Positions 41,451 to 54,822 of a DNA stretch of 64,000 bases are shown here, piece after piece (position 1 is the first letter of the stretch; every line of letters begins with the position of its first letter). This stretch comes from Macrostomum lignano. Taxonomy: Eukaryota. Made by a program: the position numbers and the translations under genes. Location of the stretch: NCBI GenBank assembly GCA_002269645.1, contig NIVC01000031.1, forward strand, positions 1,405,350 through 1,469,349, read 5' to 3'. Under the pieces are notes generated by a model that searched no databases, had not been told where the DNA came from, and saw only the letters and a program-made list of their open reading frames with translations.

Positions 41451-42559
41451 TGATGCTGCTAATTGATTGATATCAAAAGTTCGACAAATATTTCTCCGTT
41501 CTCACAGGGTATTTCCTACCTAGCAAGCTTTATTTCAAACTGTTAAAAATGAACAATTTTACCAGATTCGTCATGCTCCAATTACTGTTTTATGGTGGAC
41601 TATAAAAAATAATAAAAATGCAAAACAAGAACTGCTCCAATAGCGATTAGCTTGTAAAACAATTAAGAAATCAAGTATTGAGTAACAATCATTTTTTATG
41701 AAATAAATTATCTTTGCAGCGAATAATCGCGGCCTTTACGGTGTACTTAATGAAGTATTTCAAATCTTACGGTTATAGCAAAAATACATAGTTTGTAAAA
41801 TTGTTTTTTGAAGTATTGCTGTAATATTAAAAATGAATAGTTTTGCTACTAAAACTACTTTAAGTGTTAGTCGGAAAAAAGTATCCTAAATGCAAGTTAG
41901 CAGACAAAATACGGGCCGTTGAATTTCTTTACTTGTTACCGCGAAAGCTGTAAGCTTTTGGTAGTAGGCATTTTTTAATAAAATTATGTGCGCTCGTAGA
42001 ATATTTTACAACAAATTCTAACAAGTCTAACAAGCAAAATCAAACAAATTAAAACATATTATAACAAATGATGATAAACAAGGAAGAATGCTTGAGCGAT
42101 TTTTCGAACCATTTCAATTTGCTCATATGCGCACTTGTTGTTCTTGAGTTCGATTAAAAAATTGTACCATACGTAAATTCCCACGTAAGTTTGTTAGCAT
42201 ATATTCATTAGTTTGTTATAATAGGTTCGTAGATAAGATGGATATCTGCAACCAGACTCCTTGGGGAGTATTTGATATCGATGTTTCCCAATCACTCTTC
42301 ACAAGACCCTTTTTGTTTAAACCGTAATTCAGTGCTCGTTCCGACTAGTAGGGTTTTTATTGGAATGTTTACGAGTATTACAATAGTGTGATAATTTAGC
42401 AACAATACACTTACACAGGTGGAGCCACTATAGAGTATAAGCAACCTTTTAATCACATTAATTAGAGCTATACATGTATAAGAAAGTCTGTCTGGTAGCA
42501 AGACCGCTAATCTTGATTGGTGAAAGCCGATCACGGTTTACCCCGTGAATAAAATCTTC

Positions 42560-43900
42560 TCAGTTGTTAAGCGCAACCACAATTGTTGCTTTCATTTGCA
42601 ACAGTACAAAGCCGCTTTTGCTGCCCGTGTTGCCGCCCATGGTGACCACACAGCCGCTTCCTCTGCAGAAGCCTCCATCGGCTCCGACCGTTGCCCAGCC
42701 GGAAGTCGCTGGTGGCACCGAGCCGGCTCTTCCACCGCCGCCGCCGATCCAACCGTCAGTGCGACTGCCGCCTCTGCCTCCGTGCTCGGTGCTCGGGTTG
42801 CTGCTGCAACCAAAGTTGTGTAGGCTGACTGTTGGCACCTCCAATGTCAGTCCTTATCGGCTGGAATATTTTATAAGTCCTATTATTTAGGCTACAAAAT
42901 AAAAACTCAACCAATCAGACGGTCACTCTCGAACCTGTCCTGCATCTAAGGTTCCGTTTTAGTAAAGTTGATTTAAGGGACTCACATCAGAGGTATGGGA
43001 GGAGTTCAGGCCGCAATTGTGTCTGCTTTGCCTTGCAGTCCTGCAATTTGCATGATTGGAATATAAATGTCTCATGTATTTTCAGTACATCCTCAGTACA
43101 GCTAGAACTATGCAATACTAAACTCAACGTCAACGTCTATCATTCTGTCCGGAAGATGCACCACCGACGCCGATGGCAGCCAATAGCGGATTATGTAATA
43201 TTATTATTTTTTTTTTATATGAAACTCACTATCAGAGTGGTCAAAGACCAACAGCACTAATGGTGCCCCTATAGCTACGAAGAGGAAAAGAAAAAGGAAG
43301 TGAAAGATGACAAACGGAGAGGATGGAAGGAGAAAAAACAAAGGAAAACAAAAGCCTAAAAACTAATTAAGATTGTCGTTGAGACACCTGGCTCTTGCAA
43401 ATGGATGCCAGGATTGCCAGGATAATGCAGCAGGCAGAGGCAGGAAATGTCTATGGGCCAAAGCAAGTCCACCAACAGTTCTGCAAGTCCAAAAGCTATA
43501 TGAAATCTTGAAAGAATCAGCCATGATTCTGGCAGGCTCAGTGCCCAATGTCCGGTACACAAAGCTGCCTTCGCCGCCGCTAGCCGCACTATTCTGCTCC
43601 AGAATTCTCCGACGACAATAGAGAGCTGAGTTCTGGCTGTCAGGCTGACTTTACCGGCTATCACGTCTCCCCTATCGCTGAGCTTGTTTTAATAAAAAAG
43701 TGTCGACACAACAGCGAGCTCGATTTGGCAGCAGCCGGCAGCACCAGCTGGTTATTAGCTAGTTGACAATGTTCCGATCTGTTCCTGGAAGTTTCAACCG
43801 ACTCTTGTAAACTCAGCTCGAAGCATTAACTGAGAAACTGTCATCAGCTTGGCAGCTGTTCTTCCGGAGCCGCTACTCTTGTACAGAAGCGACTTTGGGT
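42560..43900 (-). pseudogene. Decayed paralog of the ALK/LTK-type glycine-rich-domain gene
   Basis: Fragments AAGCCQIELAV(stop), GDVIAGKVSLTARTQLSIVVG, a frameshift to SGGEGSFVYRTL, LLAAIGVGGAS, and a last exon HGGRGGSRTDGWIGG...GGNTGSKSGFVLLQM with an internal deletion relative to the intact copies. Confidence 0.75.
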
Positions 43901-45979
43901 CACCTTTTAGGATTTGTCTGATGACAGTCAAGTTAACTATGAGAACATTTAGCAAGTTTAAATTATTGTGTTGAATATTAACCAATGAAGACTTTCTCAT
44001 ATTTCGCACTTAGTCATAACACCTATCAAAGTAATTGATACTGTTGTGTAATACCATATCAAAGCGATCTTGTCTGACTTTCTCACTTTTGACAACTATG
44101 ATGTAACAGAATTCAATGATGCAGCAGATTTTTTGCTATTTCGATATGATGCAACGTACACTACTCATAGCACCTGTTTGCGCTTGTGTAGTTCTATTAT
44201 TTATCATTAGTTGAGATTTTCGTAAATTTTCACCTCATGCAGTCGTACATTGAAAGGTTGCTTACCGACACCACGTGATGTCTCTACGTCGCTCTTCCAT
44301 AACCATTAAGTTTGAGTTTTTTCTAACAACTTCCTATCTTTCTCTCTTCACTGCAAAGCATCCCTGCAGCTTGATGGCCCAACTCAACTGTCTACTTCAA
44401 GCAAGATTGGCGCAAAGCAGAATAGCCAGTTTTAGAGTGGAACAAGCTGTGGAATTAACAAAATTACCCAGTGTTGATCATGAATATTTAATCGACACAA
44501 GGCTTTGTCGCCAAAAAGTTGAGGTAATTTTTCCTGGCCTAGCATATGAAAGGTAAAAACTAGCTGAGCTGACTAGATCTGGAAAAGCCTAAAGCAAAAG
44601 AATAGATAAATACAAGGAAGGGCATTATAAGTTTTAAGTAGCTTAAGGTTAGAAAGATTTTCTGTAAACTTAGCGACAAGTTAAGTACGCCAGGTATATA
44701 TCAATAGATGTGTCTTTATTACATCATTCGTTGGAGTGTAAGCCTAATTCAATTTCAAGCTGCTATGGTTTTGGGTTCTGTAAATTCACGCTTTTATTTA
44801 CAAGCTATAGTTATATATACTATAGAGGTATCCCATATAAATGTACGTACTCAATAATTTCAATATATTTTCTATTTAACAGCTTTAAAGTCAAAGTTAA
44901 AGCAAAGTCAGTAAATCTTCAGTCAGTTTGTCTGGACCACCTACTACCTACCGTCTGATCAAGCGTCAGAATGTGGTTTATTATTACAAACTATTAATTG
45001 ACAGAAGAATAAGCGATCGATTTCCAGGTGTTAACGGATATTAGTTTTATTGATCAAAAAAAGCAGACATTTTTGTTGCTTTTCGCATGGCGGAATAAAT
45101 GTTATCTAGCTGAGGCAACACTTAAGAAGAACAACAGATAAATAGTTTTGCCTCTGCATTGGTAGAATTAAAAGAAATAATATTCGAAGTCTGTAACTGA
45201 ATATTAGCTGTCTAATTAGGGATTGCACCAACTGATTACAAGATACTTCAGGAAAAAATTTAGTCCAACTATACATGTATGAGCTATATTTCAGAAAAGA
45301 GTTGCCCTACTTGAAAAAAGAAATCGGTCCAGTATATTTGGAACTTAAATAGAAAATCGATTAAATTAATTCATACAGAAAATATCAAATAGTACTAGCT
45401 ATTCACAGAACGTCAAAAAACTAAAGTTATTAATCTAAAAATATTCAGGACGTGACTTATCTTTAAAATAGGCTCGTATATGCGATTATACGTACAATAT
45501 TAGGCATTGAATTTTGACACCGTGAAACGGTAAAACAAAAAAGTAATTGATTTAGAAATACAAGTTAGAGATACAAAAAACCGTATTTGCATGAATTATC
45601 GAGATAAGTGGCTACTCTGTGCCTAGAGAGTAGTCCTTCATGGACCTGATGGGCAGAAATCCCACGACAAGCTAGCCCCTCGATTTAGAATCGTAGTAAA
45701 TGTAGCCATTGTAGCTAAACCGAACCCACAGATCATCAGTCCGACAAGAAACTCAAACAGGTCACCGTCGAGCTACTTTATCCCAGCTCAGCACTTTTAA
45801 TGGGTGGAAAAAATAAGTAGTGTCTAACTACGAGCTACCTACGTGCATTTGATATAATAAACGTTGTATCCAAGAAAACAAACAACAGAGCATCCTTAAA
45901 ACCACTGAAAACTCTAAAATCACAGTAAGTTTTTCTTTTGACCTTCATTTTTTCCCTTAAAAAGTAAAAAAACCGACGA

Positions 45980-48886
45980 CTAAGCGCAGCCGCTGCCGAT
46001 CATTTGCAGCATCACGAAGCCGTGCTCGCTGCCCGTGTTGCCACCCGTTGTGGCCACGCAGCCGTTGCCGCCGCAGAAGGAGCCGCCGCCTCCTCCGGCG
46101 TGGTCGCTGCGAGCCCCAGCTCCGCCGCCGCTGTAGCCTCCGCCGGCTCCTGCCGCTCCTTTGGTGGTGGCCGCGCCTCCGCCTCCGCCACCGCCGAAGC
46201 CGCCGTCGGCGGGACTCGTGTCTCCGGCTCTGCCGCCGACCCAGCCGTCGGCGCGACTGCCGCCTCTGTCTCCGTATTCGGTGCTTGTGCGGGCGGCGGT
46301 AGGCTTGCCAAGCCAGCCGGCTCCGCAGCCTCCAGGGTTTCTATCGGTAGCCGCAGTGCTTTGGTCGTTGCTGCCCGGCTGTCCGTTAACGCCTCCGATG
46401 CCAGTTTGGGCTGCCTGCAAGCCATGTAGGTTATGCTTTTGCACCATTTGCTTTGTTTAGACTAAAGCAGAAGGACGCTAAACTTTTTTACTGATTCCGA
46501 ACATTACAGGAAAAAATGAGATAGGAAAAATGAAGAGCGCAACCTGCGACATACAGCTGTGCTCTCGAAACAGAACTTCTTCAGAAGGGAAAAACTTCTT
46601 CAATATACACGGAAGTGATTATAATGACTAACGTATTCCGTAGCATTTCTAAAGAGTAGCTGGGCAAGCGTTTGAATGAAGATTCTGGAAAACGCATGCA
46701 CGTATACTCCTGCAGGCTTTAAATGCAATTGTGAATTCTTTTGTAAAAAAAGACTAAAGTTTTCACGTAAAAGTTTCTACATCTGCTCAACAGCCAAGCT
46801 GGCTTACAGAGTTAGTCCCGACCGAGTTTGAGCCTCCTGTGCCCGCCTCTCCGGGTCGACCTGAAATTCATTTACAGCAGTCAGTTCATTCATTGCAACG
46901 ATTGCTCATTTACCCAATCTACTGGAGTGGGAAGTAAAGCTCTGAAATCTCCCATAGCCAAATTAACCACCCTCAAATACGCAGATACATTCAGCAATAT
47001 GTTAAAGTTTTCACGAAACCAGAGGTCGGCAGCTGTAATCTAACTCTAGCCAATAACTCTCCACTGTCCCCTCACCAGCCTAAGCTGTATCACCCACAGC
47101 TTTGAGACGAGAACCGCAGGTGTGTTGTGAATTGCGTCACTTAAGACTGAGATCCGAGAAAAGTTGACAACTGTTTTCGGGCTGGAAATTTAACCATGTT
47201 GCTGAGTATATTAAAGTTCTGCAACAAGAAAAATGTTTAACTTTTTTATTTTTTAGAAGTTGTTATACTGCTCACTCTAGTTTGCAGTTAGTATAAATGC
47301 CAAGTCTTGCTTTCATTAGAAGAATTTTAGCATGCGATCGTCGTTAACTAAAGAATGTCTTGACTTAAGGTATTGTAAAGCAGAAAACATTCTGCAGTAT
47401 TTCTGGCAGCAACCATCAATCAACTCTGGCCTGTATATCCACTAAGATTTGAAAATTTTACAATAGAAATGCGTCGATAGACTGAGTCATTCTTCGGTGT
47501 AGTTTCGTCCCTGGTTCAAGGACTACTTAAAATTATACTTGATAAAAGATACATAAGTCGCCTTATTCAACAGCTGCATACGACGATATGGCAAAAGCAA
47601 CTATTAAACTTCTCAGTTAAGGTACAATAAAAATCGCATGCTTACCGGAATACCCATACGAGGCGCCACCACCACCGCCAGCGGCCATCAGCAGCCCATT
47701 GTCCGATGTCCGGTACACGAAGCTGCCTCCGCCGCCGCCGCCGCTAGAGTAGCCGCTGCTCTGCGACGGACCTCCGGCCTGGCCGACAACAATCGACAGC
47801 TGAACTCCGACTGACAAACTGACGTTTCCAGCAGCCAGAGCTCCCCTGCCGCCGAGTTTGTCAGGACTGACATACGTGTTGTCGCCGCCCTTGGCACCAG
47901 CGAGTTCGATCCGGTAGCAGCCGGCAATGTCGATGGTCACCAGCTGGACAGAGCCGATTCGACCCGTTCCATTGTCTGAAATCCATGCATGTTTCAATTA
48001 GTTATTGCTGACTCAAATATGCTCATATGGATTGAATTTAAAACGAACATGGGATAGCGCAAATTAGGAACTTGTGGCCAGCTCGAGCCGACTTAAAGAA
48101 GACGGAAAAAGTGCACCAAGTGTGCGATACTCTATGCAAATTTACATGCGGCTGAACTCTCACTTGTAAACACTCGAGTGACATTTATAATACGAGGCTT
48201 CATCAGTTCTTCGAAGTTTTCCAGCTTCATCACCACCGCCTCAGCAGTCTCCGAGCCCAGTAGTCTCCATTCGTTGTTTCCAGCAAATCCCGGCTCGCGA
48301 GACACCGTCACCAGCTGGCACAGATCGCTGCTCTTCCAGAACACGGCGGCAGAGCAGGATTTCATTCCGCACAGCATGGCGCATGCTTCAACTGAAGTCA
48401 CTCCGGAGGCATTCAGGACTTGGCTACTGATGGTCGAGTTGACAACAAGGACGCCGTTGTGTTGCACATAGCGAGTTCGGTTGCAAGCGCCTGTATGGCA
48501 ATTGTTATGGAGGGGGCCAGCTTATTACCTGTCCAGCGGTGAAACGTTTAACTCAAGGGGCCTCGTCGTTAGATGTCTTTAATATAATTTTCGCTTTGAG
48601 ATTTAGTCTCCGAAACAAATACGACCAAAATTGTTGATTGTTAAATATCGTCCTCCTCAGGTAGCCCCTGCTAAAAATGAAACAAGCAAAGCCAATCGGA
48701 AAAGCTCGCCATATCGATTAGTTCTCTCTTCTATTTGAAGTTCTTCTTTTTCAGGTCAAAACTTGGATATGTTTTCCAATTAATTAACTAGTTAGGAGCA
48801 AAAAGTCAACTTCAATACGCACCTTCCGAGACCATGATGCAGCAGAAACCGATGGCGAAGAGTAGCAATACCTGTGGCTGACGCAT
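45980..48886 (-). CDS. Predicted secreted PAN/Apple plus ALK/LTK-like glycine-rich-domain protein, copy A; 5 exons, ~408 aa
   Basis: Exons: 48886-48823 (MRQPQVLLLFAIGFCCIMVSE, signal-peptide-like), 48490-48146 (PAN/Apple-like EACAMLC..SCSAAVFWKSSDLCQL), 47975-47646 (GCYRIELAGAKGG...GGGGGSFVYR...LLMAAGGGGGA), 46860-46808 and 46414-45980 (DGGFGGGGGG..GAGGGYSGGG..GGGGSF..GNTGSEHGFV stop). Phases 1, 1, 1, 0 join into one 1,227-nt ORF. No TM segment or kinase domain. Confidence 0.85.
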
Positions 48887-49342
48887 CTTCTAAAGTTGTG
48901 TGTTTGCCGACTCTCAGTACTGAAATTGTGAGTGAGAATGGTAATGAGGTGCTGTATCCCGCTCCCAAAGCTTTACTGTTTTACATTTTCTCAACTGACC
49001 TTCACTTGTTTTATTTGCTGTCCCGTTGTCAAGGTGCGCAAAGTAAGACTCAGTGTCTCTGTCCCCAGTCCCCATTCAGGTCATGTCTCTGCAGTACATT
49101 TAAACTGAATTTTTACGTCCATCCAGAGAGGGATTCTTCTCTGACTCTCAGACTTTCTAATTGTCGAAAAGTTTTTTTAGTTTGGTTAGGGCTTTTCCCT
49201 CAGTTTCCCTTTTCTACTAGATTTTCTTCCTTTTCGTCCTACTTCACCTTTTGAATCCGATGACGCTTCTTCTTATAGTAAGACCTTTTCTGAACTATTA
49301 GTCTTCAAGTCCTCATGCTTCTCGGGCTATTTGCTAAGCCTA

Positions 49343-49537
49343 TGGGCCGTATGCAGAAAGCTCTGTCCAGGGTAGTCCGGTCTTGAAAAGCTAGTCTAGA
49401 CTTGGATTTGGTATGCAGAAATACAAAGTTAGACCAGTCTACTATAGCAGAACTAGGCTAGCTAGACCATAGACTATAGACTGAACTACCCAAGTCCGGA
49501 CTAGCTAGTCTGGACTAGGCTTTCTGCATACGGCCCA
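49343..49537. mobile_element. 195-bp MITE with perfect 19-bp TIRs (tgggccgtatgcagaaagc); PIF/Harbinger-like end
   Basis: TIRs at 49343-49361 and 49519-49537. Absent at the equivalent site of duplicate B (~61635). No clean TSD seen, so the superfamily is tentative. Confidence 0.75.
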
Positions 49538-51189
49538 AGGACTACTGTAAAACTCAGGACGCGGAACTTAAACTTTGTAGAAATTTTCCAATGCGCGTAT
49601 GAAAGCATTCTCTATGGTAAAAAGTCTAACTAATTAGCATAACAATAACTTTTCAAGGTTAGCAATATAACTGATCTTAGAATGGTAAAAAGTCATACCA
49701 AGTTTAAGTTCTGCGTCCTGAGTTTTCTGTACTCCTTGTCTCGAGAGAGCAAGATTTTTTTTATTTTTGAGCGTGAACTCAGAACGAGATCAGATGCAGC
49801 CATATATGACTGAGGCACAAATATTCTAACGCTCGTAGCACAAGCAAGCTGAGGCAAAGCTCCTAATATAAGGTACTTTATTTGATGCATGCGAAACTAA
49901 AGTAACGAAACACTGACATTTTCCAGCTCTGCTCCCAAGCACAGCACATGTACAGCTGTAAATAAACTTCAAATATTGTTCTGGTAGATATTCGAATCTA
50001 TGTATGTAGCAGCTACAAAATTTGAATTCATAACTAAGTTTGGCACTGCTTTACTGTACCCATTTAGTCTACAAGATTAATAGATTTCAAGTATATTTAA
50101 TGTATAAGCTCTAAGTCACAAGGTTAAATATGCAAATTTTTTAAACGAAAGAATTAAAATACCAACCGTTAATGCTATTAACAAAAGTTAATATCATGAT
50201 GCATATAGTGCTGCATACAGTCCTGACGGATAGAAATTTTAAATTGCAGGAACTTTTCCTTCTTTAAGGTAATTCTCACGGATTGAGTTTTTCTTTTTCC
50301 CAGCTGCAACTGCTTGCTAGCAATTTTTCATGAAGGGCCTGGATTTGCCTTACCCTCTTGTCTCAAGCACTTCACCCGCTCAGCTAGTTGAAAGGGCCGC
50401 ATCTTTGGCGATGTAAGGCTGCTATTTTGACATTGCAATGGGTTTTGGTATATAAAGCTTAGCTCATTGGCTCACTTGTTTACTACAAAATAAGGGCATT
50501 TTCCATTAAAGTTACATTGGTGTCGTTGAATACCTGCTGTAAATTTATACTGGATGAGCCGTAAAATATTCTGTTCGGGAAATGTTCGGGAAAATTGTAG
50601 TAATAGCAAATCAATTACATAAAATATAGTTTCATTATTTCACTGAAATAAAGGAGAAGTGCATTTATATTATGAATTTTGTATCTGATTTGTTTAAAGA
50701 TATTTTATTGCGCTATGGAACGTTCTAGAATTTTGCGGAAAAGTTAAAGTACGCTAATGGAATGTACGGTAATGGAAGTTAAATTTTCAAAGGTCATCAC
50801 TGATTACCGGTCATGTACGATCATTACAAATCCATCATCATCATTATATTAATGTGTCAGATACAATTTATGTGTAGAAGTTACGATACAGTTTCAGACA
50901 ATAGTACACGTGACTATAAAAGCTGTTATGGATGGTTAAATTACTCACAATCCGTTGCAAAATATAACGATCAAAGACGGTCAACACTACTGCTTTAGTT
51001 TAGTATGGAGAAATGAGTCAATAAAACAAATTCTTAACAGGCAAAAGGTTTTAGGAAGTTGGTAAAAGTAGATTTCATATGTACATGGATTAATTTCGAA
51101 GCCTCTCTTTCAATATGAACACGTTTGAACAAGAATCAACGGACAAACTCTTGGATCGAGCAAAAATAGTAGCGCAGTCATCACCTGTT

Positions 51190-52070
51190 TGGGTGAGCGG
51201 CCAGCAGACGCAGAACTACTCGGTCCTGCTCTCTACCAACATTTCCGCTGCAGAACGAGCCGCCGCCACCGGCCTGACCGCCACACAGACCGACTCCACC
51301 ACCGTTGTAACCGCCGCATCTGCACCGAAACCGCAATCGCTAGAGCCTGAGCCGAATCCTCCACCACCGCCTCCACCGAAACCGCAATCGCTAGATCCTG
51401 TGCCGAATCCTCCACCACCGCCTCCACCGAAACCGCAATCGCTAGATCCTGTGCCGAATCCTCCACCACCGCCTCCACCGAAACCGCAATCGCTAGATCC
51501 TGTGCCGAATCCTCCACCACCGCCTCCACCGAAACCGCAATCGCTAGAGCCTGTGCCGAATCCTCCACCACCGCCTCCACCGAAACCGCAATTGCTAGAG
51601 CCTGTGCCGAATCCTCCACCACCGCCTCCACCGAAACCGCAATCGCTAGAGCCTGTGCCGAATCCTCCACCACCGCCTCCACCGAAACCGCAATCGCTAG
51701 AGCCTGTGCCGAATCCTCCACCACCGCCTCCACCGAAACCGCAATCGCTAGAGCCTGTGCCGAATCCTCCACCACCGCCTCCACCGAAACCGCAATCGCT
51801 AGAGCCTGTGCCGAATCCTCCACCACCGCCTCCACCGAAACCGCAATCGCTAGAGCCTGTGCCGAATCCTCCACCACCGCCTCCACCGAAACCGCAATCG
51901 CTAGAGCCTGTGCCGAATCCTCCACCACCGCCTCCACCGAAACCGCAATCGCTAGAGCCTGTGCCGAATCCTCCACCACCGCCTCCACCGAAACCGCAAT
52001 TGCTAAGCAATCCAGCAACACTTTCGCCTCGGTCGCCATCGACCTGACCCCGCCTCGGATGCACAGCATC
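51190..52070 (-). pseudogene. Glycine-rich-domain last-exon paralog with an internal 51-bp tandem expansion and a frameshift
   Basis: DGDRG..CGFGGGGGGG aligns with the GDRGG..GGFGGGGGG segment of copies A/B. The family C-terminus (GGYNGGGVG..AGGGGSFCSGN) lies in a different frame from the repeat. Confidence 0.65.
51325..52005. repeat. 51-bp minisatellite, 13 full copies plus a partial copy
   Basis: Unit gccgaatcctccaccaccgcctccaccgaaaccgcaatcgctagagcctgt. It is stop-free on both strands in the reported frames. Confidence 0.97.
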
Positions 52071-52688
52071 AAGAAACTTATGAGGGAGCTATTTGGATTG
52101 TTGAAGACCTCCAAGATCTCCATTTCTGGTTGAAGTGGAGCAACTAAGGAGTCCAGTTTAATTTCTTCCATTATTTTCTATACGTTGCCTGGCTTTCCTG
52201 AATATAACAATACATAAAAAATATAAGATAGAATTTATCGTGATTATTCCAAGACGATGGCAAAGACTCCACCGCCACCTGCGGTCCTCCATTGCCAGCT
52301 ATGAAAATTGTAAGAGTGTCCAAATTGGACTTTTGACATTCTCTTCAATTAGCAATCGAAAAATTCTGTTATTCAAGTGGAAAGCTATTATTCAAGTTTT
52401 AGCAGAAATCATCGTCACAGTGTTTGCTATCAGATATTTTTCTCTCTTCTTCTCTTTTTCAAATCGCAATCGTTTAAATCTAAATTACCATAATTGGGTG
52501 CCATGGTGCTACTACATGTAAATGCGGTCATTATATAATCCTAAACAATATTCCATTTTGTAATTTCCTGCATCTGCATTTGTGCAATAGCTAGGCCTCA
52601 TTTACTGTTTTTTAAAAAGATATTCTGATGGCTTCGTTACAGATTTATCTGATGGATATTCAGCCTTTAGCTACACATGCAAGCATGC

Positions 52689-53207
52689 AGGAAGTTTTCA
52701 TTTTTTCAGCACAAAAATTGTTATTGCGTTTGATAGGAGGCAGATCTAGTGTTCATCTTTTGATATGTTGTGCCTTTTTTATTGCTCAATCGATATTCAT
52801 AAAGCTTTTCGTTCAGAAAATTAGGATTCTATGTTAATTTTTTATTCTACGTATATTTTCGCGTGTCTTGTGCTTGAAATACATTAGAATGCCACGGCTC
52901 GGCTCTTTGGTTTCATGAGTCTATTTTATCATTCTTACCCGACTGTGTAGCAAATATTTGTAACAGAGATGATAAAATAGGTTCATAAAACCAAATATTG
53001 GAGCTGTGTCATGCATTTTTGTGATTTTTAGATACAGGAAATATACGTAGAATAAAAAATTAACATAGAATCCTAATTTTCTGAACGAAAAGCTTTATAA
53101 ATATCGATAGAGCAATAAAAAGGCATAACATATCAAAAGATGAACTTTGGATCTGCCTCCTATCAAACGAAATAACAATTTTTGTGCTGAAAAAATGAAA
53201 ACTTCCT
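52689..53207. mobile_element. Foldback/MITE-like element with ~170-bp inverted arms
   Basis: 52689-52860 (aggaagttttcattttttcagcacaaaaattg...) is the imperfect reverse complement of 53038-53207, with a ~180-bp spacer. Confidence 0.75.
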
Positions 53208-53672
53208 ATCTCCGTAGTGTATTTTTTCGGGAAAAAGTGCCTTCAAAACTTTTCTAAGAAACGAGGTTTCCCGCCCTTCTACTTAAGTCGTCCTTGACAA
53301 CATCACGCACAACGCACACCGCACCCCCCCCCCACCCAGAGGGCAGAGGCACCGGGCCCCTATCAGGTAAAACCGATTACAGAGCCAGTAAAACCGGCCC
53401 TAAAATCGCATCATAAAATATTTCATAAAGGTTTTTGCATTTACCTGTAAAATGTTTAGCAATTTTCTCCGGAACTGGGCATATATATGTTTGGATCTGG
53501 ATATCAAAAGATGAGTTCGATTGACTCTCAAATCAACTTTGTGACGCGAAAAACAAATTTGCTTTATTTACTGCTGAAAATTTCATATTATGAGACAGTC
53601 CAGTGCTGAATTCCTTTCGTCACATCACTGATCTAGTTGTCAATAAAATCACAGAGCATCAATAATTCGCAG

Positions 53673-53991
53673 GTACAACAGCTACGACGGCGATCGAGGC
53701 GGTAGTCAAACCGACAGCTGGGCTGGAGGCAGCGCCGGTGGCAGCAGCATCGCCTGCGGCGGCTTCGGCGGTGGAGGAGGTGCTGGTACGGCCTTCAGCT
53801 CTTTCGTTGGCGCAGCCGGAGCTGGCGGCGGTTACAGCGGCGGCGGAGCCGGTATCTACGGCAACCATTGCGGAGGCGGCGGCGGCTCATTCTGCGGCGG
53901 CAGCGGCTGCACCGGCAGTGCTGGCGGCAACACGGCCAGCAAGCACGGCTCTGTGCTGCTGAGTCTGGTGAATCTTGGCTCGTGTCCTTGA
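53673..53991 (+). pseudogene. Orphan, oppositely oriented glycine-rich-domain terminal exon
   Basis: After ttcgcag it reads YNSYDGDRGGSQTDSWAGG...GGFGGGGGAG...GAGGGYSGGGAG...GGGGGSFCGGSGC...GNTASKHGSVLLSLVNLGSCP stop with no internal stop. There is an in-frame stop at 53644, and no upstream + strand family exons were found. Confidence 0.6.
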
Positions 53992-54822
53992 GACCAAGGA
54001 GGCCTCACTTCTCTAACAGCATACTGAACTAATTGAAGCTTGCTTGCAAAAAGGAGCAGTTGTTCTTTGTTCGTTTGAATTATACAAAAGTCTGAACAAG
54101 ACAATAATAGTACGAATCTTGCTACAAGTACCTTTCTGTAAAATCCTTCTTTACAGCATTCCGTATTTGGTGCAATGCTTAATTCTCGTTTCAAGACTTT
54201 TTCTTAAACTAAAGCTTAAATTGTTGGAAAAAATGAATCCAAGCTTTCAGAGGTATGCTTTTATGGCAATATTTGCGTACTTGTTTGATTTGATTTGAGC
54301 ACTCGATAGAGAATTGTAGAGAGCTATTCTAACATCATAACTGAAATGGTAAACAATAGTTTTAATTTGTTGGCATGCAAAATGGTACTGCCACATTATG
54401 TGAGCCTCGTATTGGTGAAGTGCACGTTGGTTCACTTGAATGCCGCCTGCGAAAGCAATATCCGTCGATGTCTATAAAGGCCTCTATTATACTATCACGC
54501 TCCAATGCAGACTGTAGCTTGTATGACCAGAAAAAATTGGGTGTAAAGAAAACGAATTCAAACAGTTTTGTATCGTATATTGAGGGGTTAACTTAACGAT
54601 AATATAATTGTTCCGCTGATATTTCTACTATAAGTATGGTATAACGTAAATGCTAACAGTATTAATATTATTCTTGTCCCCGCCACTTTCATGAAAGTAG
54701 GTTGATAAATTATCTGTATAATGTATAATTGAGCACGTGACATCTCTGGCTCTAAAATATCGATCGTGTAGTTTTTGTAGTGTGACTAAAATATAAATAA
54801 AGTGTAGTGATCCGCTAGTTGA

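Larger units (their letters stand above)
45000..51030. repeat. Segmental tandem duplication, unit A (paralogous to 56320-63730)
   Basis: Shared anchors aagcgatcgatttcca (~45010 / ~56335) and tataaaagctgttatggatggttaaatt (~50915 / ~63627). Sequence between them is collinear, with copy-specific insertions. Confidence 0.9.

Noticed and set aside
46004-46460. Ala/Pro-rich ORFs overlapping the last exon of copy A (likewise 57588-58137)
   Set aside because: They are alternative-frame shadows of the glycine-rich exon.
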